A model generated the notes under the pieces. That model did not search any database and had not been told where the DNA came from. It was given only the letters and a program-made list of their open reading frames with translations. This document shows, piece after piece, positions 63,264 through 64,000 of a stretch of DNA of 64,000 nucleotides. Position numbers and translations under genes: made by a program. Position 1 is the first letter of the stretch. Each line of letters starts with the position of its first letter. Origin of the DNA: Escherichia phage HY126; sequence record PP658200.1; one strand, written 5' to 3'.

Positions 63264-63622
63264 GAATGTTCCACCATTTCAAAGGTATGAGCATCAACAA
63301 TATGATACCAGTCAAAATTTTCTTCTGCGTTTTTACAAATTTCGCGAAGAGCCTCAACAGTTTTTCCTGTAGCAACAAGGTCGTCAATACCGCCAAGAGG
63401 ATAACAGTCGTAACCGGCAAACAGAAGGAAATTAATAGTTTCTGTAGGGGCCGGATGCAGTGTACCATTGTCATCGACTACTTCAAAGAACATATAACCA
63501 GGCGATTTAGATTTAATCCAAGCCCATGCTTGAGCTGCTGAATCAAATGGTCTGCGTATCAAACGACAATCAGGGTCTTTAGAAGGATTTGCTTCAAAAT
63601 CCGCATATACGTGATATTTCAT
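63260..63622 (-). CDS. hypothetical protein (about 120 aa)
   Basis: Start refined to MKYHVYADFE. Confidence 0.55.
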   Translation of the reverse strand: MKYHVYADFEANPSKDPDCRLIRRPFDSAAQAWAWIKSKSPGYMFFEVVDDNGTLHPAPTETINFLLFAGYDCYPLGGIDDLVATGKTVEALREICKNAEENFDWYHIVDAHTFEMVEHS

Positions 63623-63623
63623 T

Positions 63624-63830
63624 TTACTCACCTTTTGCAATTTTATCCATAACGATAGCGATTAAGCCGATTAGAAATGCTACTACCAATGAGATAGAAT
63701 TTTCTGTTGTTGTCAGTAGTCCACAAATGAATCCTACAAACATCGAAAAACTAAAAGCCATTGAAGCAATTACTACAGCAACATTACGAATCAGTTCAGC
63801 GCGTTTCATTTTATTTCTCCATTTACTCAT
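63624..63830 (-). CDS. small membrane protein (68 aa)
   Basis: Two hydrophobic helices; GGAGAAATAAA SD. Confidence 0.5.
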   Translation of the reverse strand: MSKWRNKMKRAELIRNVAVVIASMAFSFSMFVGFICGLLTTTENSISLVVAFLIGLIAIVMDKIAKGE

Positions 63831-63847
63831 TTTGTTTTGATAGGACT

Positions 63848-63877
63848 ACTATAACATAGTCCTATCAGCGTGTAAAC
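63848..63877 (-). promoter_or_regulatory. T4-early-like promoter with palindromic GATAGGACTA element
   Basis: GTTTAC - 18 nt - TATAGT; palindrome gataggactactataacatagtcctatc. Confidence 0.5.
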
Positions 63878-63880
63878 TAC

Positions 63881-64000
63881 TTACAGAAGAGTTTTTGCAA
63901 TAATTTTAAGCTGAGCTACAGAAATGTGCTTAGCTTTAAACAGTGCAGTCTCTTCAGCCGGAGAGATAACAATAGTAGCGCCATCTTTCTTAGCGGACCA
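63881..64000 (-). CDS. 3' end of a gene truncated by the window edge
   Basis: Open minus-strand frame running off the window end (…AKKDGATIVISPAEETALFKAKHISVAQLKIIAKTLL*), stop at 63881-63883. Confidence 0.5.
   Translation of the reverse strand, partial: WSAKKDGATIVISPAEETALFKAKHISVAQLKIIAKTLL

Noticed and set aside
1-64000. CRISPR arrays, integrases, transposases or prophage attachment sites
   Set aside because: No direct-repeat/spacer arrays and no integrase or transposase-like ORFs were seen; the only mobile-element-like gene is the homing-endonuclease-like ORF at 61481-62146.

Overview
This window is a segment of a T4-type (Tevenvirinae) coliphage genome. I recognise the DNA polymerase gp43, gp41, UvsX, gp46/47, lysozyme e and denV by eye as most similar to phage RB69 (Mosigvirus); this should be confirmed by BLAST. 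Nearly all genes lie on the minus strand, tightly packed and frequently translationally coupled (ATGA or TAATG overlaps). Running from high to low coordinate (the direction of transcription) the order is: two tRNAs plus a homing-endonuclease-like gene, a block of small ORFs, lysozyme e, internal proteins, denV, a GrcA-like gene, regB, tk, rI, nrdC, gene 49, nrdD-nrdG-nrdH, gene 55, genes 47-46, 45-44-62-regA-43, gene 42, uvsX-40-41, spackle, primase 61, dCTPase 56 and soc. The most notable deviation from the T4 layout is a five-gene cassette at 12517-16623, between genes 43 and 42, that looks like a sugar-nucleotide (probably NDP-arabinose) pathway. Together with non-glucosyltransferase genes in the beta-gt position (10072-11521) and no alpha-gt between genes 47 and 55, this suggests an alternative glycosylation of hydroxymethylcytosine. 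Other points of interest are T4-early-like promoters embedded in inverted repeats that can pair with the downstream Shine-Dalgarno sequence, several dispersed or tandem paralog families, a GrcA homolog with a host-like C-terminus, plus-strand terminators in a minus-strand region, and structured non-coding regions near the tRNAs. All coordinates for features found by eye (promoters, hairpins, tRNAs, micro-ORFs, refined starts) are approximate to within 1-3 nt. All homology statements are from motif recognition without database searches.
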